Source: an uncultured Methanosarcinales archaeon
GTDB lineage: Archaea > Nanobdellota > Nanobdellia > Woesearchaeales > JAGWAF01
Reading direction: 5' to 3'
NCBI GenBank assembly: GCA_964359785.1
Contig: CAYHWL010000002.1
Location: 1 to 55,044 of the forward strand
DNA length: 55,044 nt
Part shown: in pieces, positions 40,590-49,316 of the stretch
Numbering within the stretch: position 1 is the first letter of the stretch
Layout: every line of letters starts with the position of its first letter
Translations under genes and position numbers: made by a program
The notes under the pieces: model-generated
Told to the model about the DNA's origin: nothing
Databases searched by the model: none
Seen by the model: only the letters and a program-made list of their open reading frames with translations

Positions 40590-42929
40590 CTATTTCTTAA
40601 TAAAGAAAAACGTACCATTTTCATCTTCTAAACCGGCAATTTTACCAAACTTAGGTTTTTGGTTAGAGCCATCTTTTGCCACAGCAGTGTTAACTTTAGA
40701 AACAACGGTTTCTATGGCAATGCAAGAGTTAGGATTACTGGATAAGGTGTTGGCAAATGTTTTAGTAAATTGAGAATTGTCGGAAGCTAACTCATATCCT
40801 GCAGAAGAAAAAACTTGAGAAGACTTAAATTTAGTGGCTTGCCAATCGTTGCAACTTCTATCTTCGGGTGTTGATCGCATTGCCTGATAAAAAGAGGGTC
40901 CAGATTCGCAAGCATCAGTAACCACTAACGTATGGGTAATTAATTTTGAATACGATTGCATGCTCGCCTTTAAATTGTTGATGTTAAAATAAGTAAACTC
41001 ATCGTCTCTTTTGGCATCAATTGGAATCCAATAACCCGATTCGTTGATGAATTTTCCGTGACCTGCATACCAAACCAACAGGGAGTTGACTTGATTACTT
41101 TTTACTAAGTCTCTTAATTCGATTGAGAAAAACTTTTCTAATTGAGCTTTTGTCATGTCTTTTTTATGAACTACATTATGAATTTTATATTTAGCAAAAG
41201 CAGATTTCATCATGGTCACATCTTTTGTTGGTCCATCTAATGGAGCAAAAGATTTATAACTGGCGTTTTCAATAAAAATAATCCAAGTTTTACCCATTGG
41301 ATTATCTGCTAACAAAGCTATGTTTTCTCTATTGATGGTGTATTTCTTTTCTACTTTATTGCAATATTGGTCAACAGCAGTAATGGTGAAACCATCCTTA
41401 TTCTTAATAGTTATTGAAGCTGAAAATTTTGGATTGTTTTCATCTAACACAAAACTTGCTGTAGCTCCTTCTATCAATATGCTTTTAATAAAACTTTCGT
41501 CCTCAATTTTACCTTCTACATACAAAGTTGGGTCATCAGCATCTAAATAAACCATTCCATCATCCGAAGCTAATGGAGCCATTAGTTTAACGACTGGAGC
41601 GTTGATTTCAGTTTCTACAATTTTATACGTCCATGTTTCGGAGTTTTGATAAATATCAAATGCTGTTATGCTTAATTCTTTTAACTCTTGCATATTTATT
41701 TCTAACTCAAAAGTAGGATTTAACGTATCCTTATTAAACTTCGCATCTTGATTGTTTACCTTAATAAATTCGATTGCACTTTGATCTTTAATTTGACCTT
41801 TGATTGTGTACAACACTAAATTTTTTGAAACATTCACCACTCCTGCTTCTAATGAAACTGGGTCAATCATTACAATAGTTGGGTTATTGGTTTCTTTATT
41901 TAATTCATGCAATCTTTTTTTAGCTTCATCATACAATTGCATTGCTTTACCGTCATAAGGAGATAATTTTCGTAAAGCTTCATAATCTTTAATGGCAGAT
42001 TTAAAATCAGACAAGGCTTCATAAGCTTTTGCACGTTGATAGTAAACAAAATAATCATCGCTTTTAATAGCAATTCCTTTGGTGTAATCGGCAATTGCAT
42101 TTTGGAATTGTCCCAAATCTTCATACATTTTTCCTCTTAACAAATAGTATTCTAACAAATTGGGATGGTAAGAAATTATTTTAGAAATGTCGTCAACTGC
42201 TTTTTGAGGATTATGGTTGGTGGAATTAATTTCCGCTCTAACCATTAAGGCATGCACATTTTCTGGTTCTAATTCTAACGATTTATCTGCTGCTTCTATG
42301 GCTTTAGGGAAATCATTTAATTTCATGTTGACATGAGCCAATCCGATGTAGGCTCCAGCCATTTTTGGTGAATAAAATTTTGCTCTTCCAAAATTGTAAG
42401 CGGCTTCTTTATAAAGCATCATGCTATCTTGAGCCATTCCTAAGTTATAATAAGCTTCGCCAGTTTTAGTTTGAGTAACAGCAATTTCAGCAGTTTCTAC
42501 AGCGTTTTTAAATTGTTTGATAGCGATACATGAATATACTTTGTAAGAATAAGCTTCTGACAATTTTTTATCAAAATCTATCGCTAAATTTAAAGCAGCC
42601 AAAGCATCTTCAAACTTTCCAAATTTATAAAAAGCCCTTCCTAAATTTAAATGGTATTCTCCCTCTTTTGGTTTAACGGTAATTGCTTTTTTGTAGTCAA
42701 TAATGGCTTTTTCAAAATCATTAGTTGCCTCGTAGGATAAACCTCTTAGCGATAAAGCTCTATCATGGTCATTTTTTATTTCTAACACTTTAGTAAATTG
42801 TTCAATGGCAGCAGCGTAATCTTTATTGGTATAATGATTTTCACCATTTTTAAAATTTTGAAAGTACGCTTGGGAGAAAATACTTCCATTTAGAACAATG
42901 AATAGGGATAAGATTAGTAACTTTTTCAT
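40590..42929 (-). CDS. Secreted TPR-repeat protein with a C-terminal caspase-like (C14) domain
   Basis: Signal MKKLLILSLFIVLNGSIFSQ and about 8 TPR units (AIEQFTKVLEIKNDHDRAL...). The caspase His/Cys dyad context is intact: LLVWYAGHGKF and TLVVTDACESGPSF. Confidence 0.8.
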   Translation of the reverse strand: MKKLLILSLFIVLNGSIFSQAYFQNFKNGENHYTNKDYAAAIEQFTKVLEIKNDHDRALSLRGLSYEATNDFEKAIIDYKKAITVKPKEGEYHLNLGRAFYKFGKFEDALAALNLAIDFDKKLSEAYSYKVYSCIAIKQFKNAVETAEIAVTQTKTGEAYYNLGMAQDSMMLYKEAAYNFGRAKFYSPKMAGAYIGLAHVNMKLNDFPKAIEAADKSLELEPENVHALMVRAEINSTNHNPQKAVDDISKIISYHPNLLEYYLLRGKMYEDLGQFQNAIADYTKGIAIKSDDYFVYYQRAKAYEALSDFKSAIKDYEALRKLSPYDGKAMQLYDEAKKRLHELNKETNNPTIVMIDPVSLEAGVVNVSKNLVLYTIKGQIKDQSAIEFIKVNNQDAKFNKDTLNPTFELEINMQELKELSITAFDIYQNSETWTYKIVETEINAPVVKLMAPLASDDGMVYLDADDPTLYVEGKIEDESFIKSILIEGATASFVLDENNPKFSASITIKNKDGFTITAVDQYCNKVEKKYTINRENIALLADNPMGKTWIIFIENASYKSFAPLDGPTKDVTMMKSAFAKYKIHNVVHKKDMTKAQLEKFFSIELRDLVKSNQVNSLLVWYAGHGKFINESGYWIPIDAKRDDEFTYFNINNLKASMQSYSKLITHTLVVTDACESGPSFYQAMRSTPEDRSCNDWQATKFKSSQVFSSAGYELASDNSQFTKTFANTLSSNPNSCIAIETVVSKVNTAVAKDGSNQKPKFGKIAGLEDENGTFFFIKK

Positions 42930-43276
42930 ATTTTATATTTTATATAAATAACTCATTATCAGTCAATCGATAAAATTAAGAAATATTTCGATGACTAGTT
43001 ATTTTTATACCCACAAAAGTTTATTTTTTTCAACAAAAAAATGAATTAAACGAGCCTGTTTCATCAGCAATTTTAGTAAATTCGCTTTCTTAAAACGGTT
43101 GAAGTTGTTAAAAAAAGATAAAATAAAAATCTTCGTTGTTGCTATTTTGGTAGTGTTATTAATCACTTCTTACATTATTGTTGGAAAAGATTCTGTGGTC
43201 ATGAAATATGTGAGTGGTTTTTGTTTACTAGCTTGGATAGCTACAATGGTTATTACTAATAAAAAATACAAATAAG

Positions 43277-43579
43277 ATGTTTGGAAATATGTTTAATAAA
43301 AATATGATGGAAAAGATGCGGGTGCAAATGGAGGAAATAAAAATAAAACTAAATAACATTAGTGTGCTTGGTGCTACCGATAACATTAAAGTTGTTGCCA
43401 ACGGAAATCGTTTATTAACTAGCGTTGAAATTGATGCTGATTTTTTTAAAACTGCCAACAAAAAACAAGTAGAAGAATTAATTGTGATTGCAGCTAACCG
43501 AGCATTAGAACAAGCCGAAAGGGTTGAAAAAAGTGAAATGAGTCATGCTGCAATGGGAATGCTACCTAGTTTAGGGTAA
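43277..43579 (+). CDS. ybaB: YbaB/EbfC family nucleoid-associated protein
   Basis: 100 aa: MFGNMFNKNMMEKMRVQMEEIK...VKVVANGNRLLTSVEID...VEELIVIAANRALEQA. Confidence 0.85.
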   Translation: MFGNMFNKNMMEKMRVQMEEIKIKLNNISVLGATDNIKVVANGNRLLTSVEIDADFFKTANKKQVEELIVIAANRALEQAERVEKSEMSHAAMGMLPSLG

Positions 43580-43653
43580 ATTAATTTAGAGTTTAGAAGT
43601 CCCCGTTCACTTGTCCCGTTCATTTGTCCCCTATCCCTTTCCCTTGTCCCTTT
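43580..43653. repeat. C-tract-rich intergenic element (family F). Carries a G-quadruplex-type motif on the minus strand at 43628-43650
   Basis: gtCCCCgttcacttgtCCCgttcatttgtCCCCtatCCCtttCCCttgtCCCtttc fills the whole gap between two convergent genes. The minus strand reads GGGACAAGGGAAAGGGATAGGGG. Confidence 0.7.
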
Positions 43654-44784
43654 CTACTTAACAGCAACCGATTCATAATTAATAACAGGGTTAGCGTACA
43701 TCTGCAAAAACAATTGTCTTGCTTTTTCGTTACCCGAAAAATTAGCTAATTTTTTGTTCATGTAATCAATAAATTGCTGTTTGCTTTCGGGAGTATATTT
43801 GGCAGCATATTTATTTGAATTGTTTAATAAATCATAAGCTACATAGTTAGAATTCCAAAGTCGATAATTGGTATAAATTTCTCTATCTATCACTTCAGCA
43901 ATATTTTTTAGCAATTCATTTTTGTTGGTGATGTGACTAAATTTTTTTATCTCCTCATTAATAGGAATGCCAAATTGAACGTGCACATGTCCCTTTTTAC
44001 CCTGCACTCCTAAAATCATACTAATTTCGTCTTCTCCTTCTTTTTTTACATATTCTTTTCCCTCTGATTTATTGAGTAGCTCAGGAATTTTTAATGCATC
44101 GCAAGGATCTAATTCATAGGAAATACTAACAGGAGTAATGTTTAAACTTATTAAATGATTTAATAAATTATCGTTAATGGATAATCCAAGCATTTTTAAT
44201 ACCCCAGGATTGGTTTTATCACAGCCATCTTTTGCTCTTCCTTCTCTTTGGGCAATCCAAATGGATTGTTTTTTATCTTTTAGCGTGTGATTAATATAGG
44301 TAGAGAGGTATTTTGATGCTTCTAAAATCTCTTGTTTAGGAATATTTCGTTTAACAATAAAACTCTTATTAATTCGAACCAAATCCTTAATCCATGGTTT
44401 TGCTAACAAGTTGCTTCCTATAGCTATTTCACAAGTATCGTAATCGTTAATATTTAAACAAAAATTAACCAGTGCTGAGTCGGAAACAATATCTCTATGA
44501 TTAGAGATTAATACATAGGGAGTGTGCTTATCTAAGCGTTGAAAACCGTCATAAGTAAATCCTTCTGATGAAGAGTTAATTAAACTTTGTATTATTCGAC
44601 AAACCATTTTGCTTTGAAACTCTCGAATGGTATGAAATGAAAGTAATATTTCTTTAATTTCTGTCGGAGATAATTCAGGTAAATATAGCTGAATAGCTTT
44701 CATCAATTGGTCAACTTCTACCAACTTTTTAATTACCGATTGGTATTCAATGTCGTAATATGGTCTTATATCGTCGAAATCCAA
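43654..44784 (-). CDS. Glycerolipid acyltransferase (PlsC/GPAT-like, HX4D)
   Basis: NHRDIVSDSAL (HX4D) and AQREGRAKDG motifs. TTG start according to the track. Confidence 0.75.
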   Translation of the reverse strand: MDFDDIRPYYDIEYQSVIKKLVEVDQLMKAIQLYLPELSPTEIKEILLSFHTIREFQSKMVCRIIQSLINSSSEGFTYDGFQRLDKHTPYVLISNHRDIVSDSALVNFCLNINDYDTCEIAIGSNLLAKPWIKDLVRINKSFIVKRNIPKQEILEASKYLSTYINHTLKDKKQSIWIAQREGRAKDGCDKTNPGVLKMLGLSINDNLLNHLISLNITPVSISYELDPCDALKIPELLNKSEGKEYVKKEGEDEISMILGVQGKKGHVHVQFGIPINEEIKKFSHITNKNELLKNIAEVIDREIYTNYRLWNSNYVAYDLLNNSNKYAAKYTPESKQQFIDYMNKKLANFSGNEKARQLFLQMYANPVINYESVAVK

Positions 44785-44816
44785 ATTTTGTTTTTTTGTT
44801 CAAAAATAGAAAAAAA

Positions 44817-46040
44817 TTAAAACTGAACTTCTACAGTTATTTTTTCTTTATTATTTCTTAATATGGTAACGGTTGTTTTATCTCCTTTTTTAAATTGACT
44901 TAAACTTTTCACGTAATCCATCATCGTTTTAATGGGTATATCACCCATTACCGTTACCACATCTCCTTTTTGAATTCCTGCCAATTGAGCGGGTTGATTT
45001 TCTTTTACACCATCAATTCTCATCCCTTCCCCTTCAAACATATAATCTGGAATAACTCCTAAAGTTACTGAATATTTAGGGGCTTTTTCACTCTCCTCAT
45101 CCTTGGTTTTAGTAAATGCTAATTTATCTGAACCATCTAAATCTGAAATAACTACATCTATTAAATTAATGATGGAAGCCATTCCCTCCACATTTACTTT
45201 ATCCGCATCGTCGGTGGGTTTGTGGTAATCGTCGTGCTGACCAGTAAAAAAATGAAGTACAGGAATATCCTGTAAATAAAACGACATGTGATCGGATGGA
45301 CCTACTCCACTTTCTTTTTTAATTAAATGAAATTTTCCTGCTATGTTTTTATCTAACTCCTCGTTCCAAACTGGAGAAGTTCCTGTTCCATAAACCAATA
45401 ATTTCATGTCAGGTGCTAATCTTCCAACCATATCTAAATTAATCATGTAGTTAATGGTGGAGAGTTCGATAGTTGGGTGTTTTACAAACCAACCAGAACC
45501 CCATAAGCCTTTTTCTTCACCAGAGAATGCAATAAAAAGGTAATTGTTGCCTTTATTTTTTTCTTTTAGAATTCTTGCCAATTGAATGATAGATGCAACT
45601 CCACTTGCATTATCATCAGCACCATTATGAATAGAATCGTTACCAGTGTAAAGCGAACCTTCGTCGCCAAAACCTAAATGGTCGTAATGTGCTCCAATAA
45701 CTATCGTTTTTGTTGCATTGTTATCGATATAACCAATAATGTTTCTACCAGTTATTGCTTTGGTGGTATCTACTTTTACTCGTGAATGTGGACTATATTT
45801 TGGTTTTACCGAGAACTCTTGTAAATATCCATTTTCGCCTTTAGGTAGCAACCCCAACTCATAAAACTTTCCCATAATATAACCCGCAGCCAATAATTCG
45901 CCTTTTGTTCCAGTGTTTCTTCCTTCTAAAACATCGCTCGCTAAAAAGGTAACATCTTTTTTAAGTTCGTTATTAACATTGATTTGGGAGGCTACTATTC
46001 CTGCATATCCAAGTAGTATAAAAGCAACTATAATTTTCAT
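44817..46040 (-). CDS. M28 family aminopeptidase with a C-terminal PDZ domain
   Basis: Zinc ligand motifs HYDHLG, GADDNASGVASI and FSGEEKGLWGS. PDZ domain GMRIDGVKENQPAQLAGIQKGDVV. Signal from ATG 46040. Confidence 0.85.
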   Translation of the reverse strand: MKIIVAFILLGYAGIVASQINVNNELKKDVTFLASDVLEGRNTGTKGELLAAGYIMGKFYELGLLPKGENGYLQEFSVKPKYSPHSRVKVDTTKAITGRNIIGYIDNNATKTIVIGAHYDHLGFGDEGSLYTGNDSIHNGADDNASGVASIIQLARILKEKNKGNNYLFIAFSGEEKGLWGSGWFVKHPTIELSTINYMINLDMVGRLAPDMKLLVYGTGTSPVWNEELDKNIAGKFHLIKKESGVGPSDHMSFYLQDIPVLHFFTGQHDDYHKPTDDADKVNVEGMASIINLIDVVISDLDGSDKLAFTKTKDEESEKAPKYSVTLGVIPDYMFEGEGMRIDGVKENQPAQLAGIQKGDVVTVMGDIPIKTMMDYVKSLSQFKKGDKTTVTILRNNKEKITVEVQF

Positions 46041-46139
46041 TCTTATTATTTTTTGTTTGCCCAAAATTACTTTTATTTTTTTAGAAAAATTTATAGTGTA
46101 AACCTTAATTCTTAATCAAGAATAAATACTTTTGTCCCC

Positions 46140-47255
46140 ATGAAAAAAATAATATTTACAATTGTTACCACTTCCCTTATTATTGCTTGCAATTCGAATG
46201 AGGAAAAAATAGCTGAACAACCAAAAGTTGACCAAACTTCTGGTGCCACCAAAAAATCGGCTATTCATTATCCAGAAGAAAAACATTTAAAAAATGTGAA
46301 ACAAATTACTTTTGGTGGCGATAATGCTGAAGCATACTTTAGTTTTGATAATCAACAGTTGGTCGTGCAAATTAAAAATGAAGCTTGGGGAATTGCTTGT
46401 GACCAAATATTTTTATTGGATGTTGATTCTACCTACAAACACAGCCGTCCAAAAATGATAAGTACTGGCAAAGGAAAAACAACCTGTTCCTACTTTTTAA
46501 AAGGCGATACTACATTTGTTTATGCCAGCACACACTTAGCTGATGCAAATTGTCCTTCAACACCCGAAAAAAGAGCTGACGGAAAATATGTGTGGCCTAT
46601 TTATGAAAGTTTCGACATTTTTGTTGCCGATTTAAATGGTAAAATCTTAAAGCAATTAACCAACACGCCCGGTTATGATGCAGAACCAACCGTTTCGCCA
46701 AAAGGTGATAAAATAGTTTTTACCTCCATCCGTTCTGGTGATTTAGAACTTTTTACCATGAATATTGATGGTTCTGAAGTGAAACAATTAACAAGTGGTT
46801 TAGGTTATGATGGTGGAGCTTTTTTTTCACCCAATGGCGAAAAAATTATTTTTAGAGCTTCTCGTCCAAAAACTGACGAAGAAATTAAAAATTACAAAAA
46901 ATTATTGGCAGAAGGTTTGGTACAACCTACCGAAATGGAATTATTTACTTGCAATGTGGATGGAAGCGACCTCAAACAACTTACCAACTTAGGTGGTGCC
47001 AATTGGGCTCCTTTCTTTCATCCTTCTGGCAAAAAAATACTTTTTTCGTCCAATCATACTTCTAAAAAAGGATATCCTTTTAATTTGTTTTTAATTAACT
47101 TGGATGGTTCTGGATTAGAACAAGTAACCTATGATGGTGTTTTTGATGCTTTTCCGATGTTTAGCAGCGATGGTAAAAAATTGGTTTTTAGCAGCAACCG
47201 AAACAATGGCGGCAACCACGATACCAACTTGTTTATTGCCGATTGGGAAGATTGA
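46140..47255 (+). CDS. PD40/TolB-like beta-propeller lipoprotein
   Basis: Lipobox TSLIIACNS and repeated PD40 motifs (DAEPTVSPKGDKIVFTS, GGAFFSPNGEKIIFRAS, APFFHPSGKKILFSS, FPMFSSDGKKLVFSS). Confidence 0.85.
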   Translation: MKKIIFTIVTTSLIIACNSNEEKIAEQPKVDQTSGATKKSAIHYPEEKHLKNVKQITFGGDNAEAYFSFDNQQLVVQIKNEAWGIACDQIFLLDVDSTYKHSRPKMISTGKGKTTCSYFLKGDTTFVYASTHLADANCPSTPEKRADGKYVWPIYESFDIFVADLNGKILKQLTNTPGYDAEPTVSPKGDKIVFTSIRSGDLELFTMNIDGSEVKQLTSGLGYDGGAFFSPNGEKIIFRASRPKTDEEIKNYKKLLAEGLVQPTEMELFTCNVDGSDLKQLTNLGGANWAPFFHPSGKKILFSSNHTSKKGYPFNLFLINLDGSGLEQVTYDGVFDAFPMFSSDGKKLVFSSNRNNGGNHDTNLFIADWED

Positions 47256-47261
47256 TTTTTT
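47100..47261 (+). repeat. Left copy of a 162-bp direct repeat (the functional 3' end of the PD40 gene plus 6 nt)
   Basis: Hand alignment with 49317-49478 gives 148 of 162 identical positions. Eleven of the 14 differences are synonymous third-position changes. Confidence 0.9.
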
Positions 47262-47414
47262 GACTATTCGATACTTGTTTTTATATCAATACCCCTCTTA
47301 AAACAATTCTAATAAAATCTGTTTTCTGCTATTTTTTTACTTTTTTGAAGTTTGTGCTACGATTACTGCTGTCATAGGCTGTCGTTCTTGTCTGTCGTGT
47401 CGTTGGCGCTTTGG

Positions 47415-47579
47415 CTATTGTGTCGGCCTATTCTTTTTAAAGTTCTCTGCTTGTTCAACTATTTCTACATATACTTCATCAGGCTTACGAGTAATCGAAA
47501 TACCTAAGTGATGGGGAAATCCTTCTTGCCCCAACAATTCGGTAAACGATTGTTCTAAACTTGCTTCTGTAAACTTCAT
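47415..47579 (-). pseudogene. hsdR: 5' fragment of a type I restriction enzyme R subunit gene (hsdR); only about 40-50 N-terminal codons remain
   Basis: Hand translation gives MKFTEASLEQSFTELLGQEGFPHHLGISITRKPDEV..., which matches the conserved HsdR N-terminus (MxFxExxLExxxxxxLxxxGY). The frame then runs into a stop after 54 codons. Its ATG overlaps the AbiEii stop as ATGA. Confidence 0.6.
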
Positions 47580-48532
47580 TCAATTCTTTTTATTAATTCT
47601 TCAAAGCATTTCGCTACATCATTTTCATCAGGAATTGGTCTATATGCTAAAGCGGATAGTTCAGTTTGATATTTTTCTGTTAATTGTTTCCAGATGGTTG
47701 AAAAATCATTTACCAAGGGATATTCAGCAATCAATTTTTTTTGCCAACCTTTTGGCTTTTCAAACATTTCTCTATCGTGTTGCAGAATGGTATCAAATTG
47801 TTTTTTAAACGAATCGGATGCTACAAATTCAATACACTCAGGATTTTTCATCAAGTAATACAAATCATAAAAGTGTCTTATTTTTTCGGAGATACTTTCA
47901 ACAGTATTTTCCTTAAATGAAAATCGAATTAACGATACCATCTTTTCCAATAGCGTTTGTTCTTTGCTCAATACGTTCACTTCAAAGGATTGGAGATTGT
48001 ATTCTTCAATGTATTTTTCATTGCTTGTTTGCATCAAAAAGTCAAACACCATACTCTGAATGGTAAGTCGTTGATAAGGGAAAGGATTAGCAAACGAGTT
48101 TATTTCAACAATGAGTTTGTTATTTGCATTGCCTTTTTCAGTTGTAACATATTCAAAAACAGATTTTCTGAATCTTGAACCTTTACTTGTTACACCTTCC
48201 ATTTGCACTTCGGTTAAATCAGGTGTTATTTCTTTTTCAATAGTTCGGATGATGGTTTTAATCTCATTACCTGTTTTACCCTTGTCGTTTATGATGGCAA
48301 TATCTACATCCTCCGAAAATCAATCTATCAGATTATATCCTTTTGATAGCGATGTGCCTCCTTTAAAAACAGATTCATCAACATATTTACTTTTCGCCAA
48401 ACGATTCAACACCAATGTTATCCAGTAATCTTTTTCTACAAATTCCAACTTAATATCTAAGTGTTGCGATGCAGATCTCAGAGTGCTGGAAAATAATTTT
48501 ATGTCGTGGTGCAGCCTCATAATATATTCCAT
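47576..48532 (-). pseudogene. AbiEii/AbiGii-family nucleotidyltransferase toxin, interrupted by one in-frame TGA (complement of 48320-48322)
   Basis: Track ORFs 48320..48532 and 47576..48208 are in the same frame. Reading through gives ...EKDYWITLVLNRLAKSKYVDESVFKGGTSLSKGYNLID*FSEDVDIAIINDKGK.... The family motif is GGT.L...Y.LI.RFSEDxD, so the stop replaces the expected Arg. Confidence 0.8.
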
Positions 48533-49257
48533 TTTTCGGTGGTGGATATTGCTTTCGCTGTACCTGTTAGTTTATATTTAGTAATTGGATTCAATGATTT
48601 GAAAAGTGACTCTGTTAAATTACTTTTTTGCAACTGCTCTAACAAAGCACCTAATAAAGCCCTTGTAGCAGGCGGATATTTTAATACCAAGCGAACCAAG
48701 GTATTGATTTCTTTGTCCGTAAAGTTTTTGATAATAGCTAAAAACCGCTTACAGGATGCTTCTATACCTGCATCAGGTATTTTTTTGATGTAGCGAATGG
48801 CATCCAGCAACTGCAACAAAGGAATATTCTCTTTGGTGATGGTGTTTTTTTGCTTTACAAAAGCAATCGTATAGCGTTCTCTTTTAAAATTGGGGCGAAC
48901 CTGATTTTTGCCAATTTGTATGGTATTGCTTACCTGTGTGGTTAAACCCAATTGATTGTAAATGCTGTAACCTGTGAGATAACCTGTTATTTTTCCATTT
49001 TCTTCCAGCAAGTCTTTTACTGTTTGTGCCTGATTGGGTTGAAGGTTGCCAAAGGGCGTATTTTCGGGTTTGTAATATTTGCCTTTGGATAGTTTGGCAA
49101 TTTTGCCCGATTCCACCATACGGTTCAATGCTTTTATTACCGCTTCTTTCTTGTTCACCTCTGTAGTAAAGTCGGCATAGGTGAATACATAACCCTTAGG
49201 GAGCCTATCTATGGTAAATGCTATGTATTCAACTGTTTTCATTCTATTTATTACCAT
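48517..49257 (-). CDS. AbiEi-family (type IV TA) antitoxin / wHTH regulator
   Basis: The N-terminus ...LPKGYVFTYADF...AVIKALNRMVESGKIAKLSKGKYYKP fits the AbiEi_4 winged-helix pattern. The gene overlaps the AbiEii start by 16 nt. An alternative ATG lies at 49242. Confidence 0.75.
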   Translation of the reverse strand: MVINRMKTVEYIAFTIDRLPKGYVFTYADFTTEVNKKEAVIKALNRMVESGKIAKLSKGKYYKPENTPFGNLQPNQAQTVKDLLEENGKITGYLTGYSIYNQLGLTTQVSNTIQIGKNQVRPNFKRERYTIAFVKQKNTITKENIPLLQLLDAIRYIKKIPDAGIEASCKRFLAIIKNFTDKEINTLVRLVLKYPPATRALLGALLEQLQKSNLTESLFKSLNPITKYKLTGTAKAISTTEKWNIL

Positions 49258-49273
49258 GCAAAGATAGCATATT

Positions 49274-49303
49274 TGTCCAGTTTATTAGCAAAAAAACTGG
49301 ACA
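49274..49303. promoter_or_regulatory. Perfect 10-bp inverted repeat (TGTCCAGTTT-N10-AAACTGGACA) upstream of abiEi; putative autoregulatory operator
   Basis: Read directly. It lies 17-46 nt upstream of ATG 49257. AbiEi antitoxins are known to autorepress through inverted repeats in their own promoters. Confidence 0.55.
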
Positions 49304-49316
49304 TTTTGAAATTTGA

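Noticed and set aside
43135-43275. Possible ~46-aa two-TM small ORF upstream of ybaB (…LLAILVVLLITSYIIVGKDSVVMKYVSGFCLLAWIATMVITNKKYK*)
   Set aside because: It would need a TTG start or a 24-codon ATG version, and hydrophobicity is the only support. That is not enough to call a gene.
47340-47430. Locally GC-rich patch with reiterated TGTCG, considered as a tRNA fragment or att site
   Set aside because: No cloverleaf arms or T-loop consensus (GGTTCGAATCC-like) could be found, and there is no matching copy elsewhere in the window. It is kept only as a possible junction sequence.
48320-48322. In-frame TGA in abiEii as a selenocysteine or programmed read-through codon
   Set aside because: The family has a conserved Arg at this position, no SECIS-like hairpin is evident downstream, and the neighbouring hsdR is also decayed. 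A nonsense mutation is the simpler explanation.
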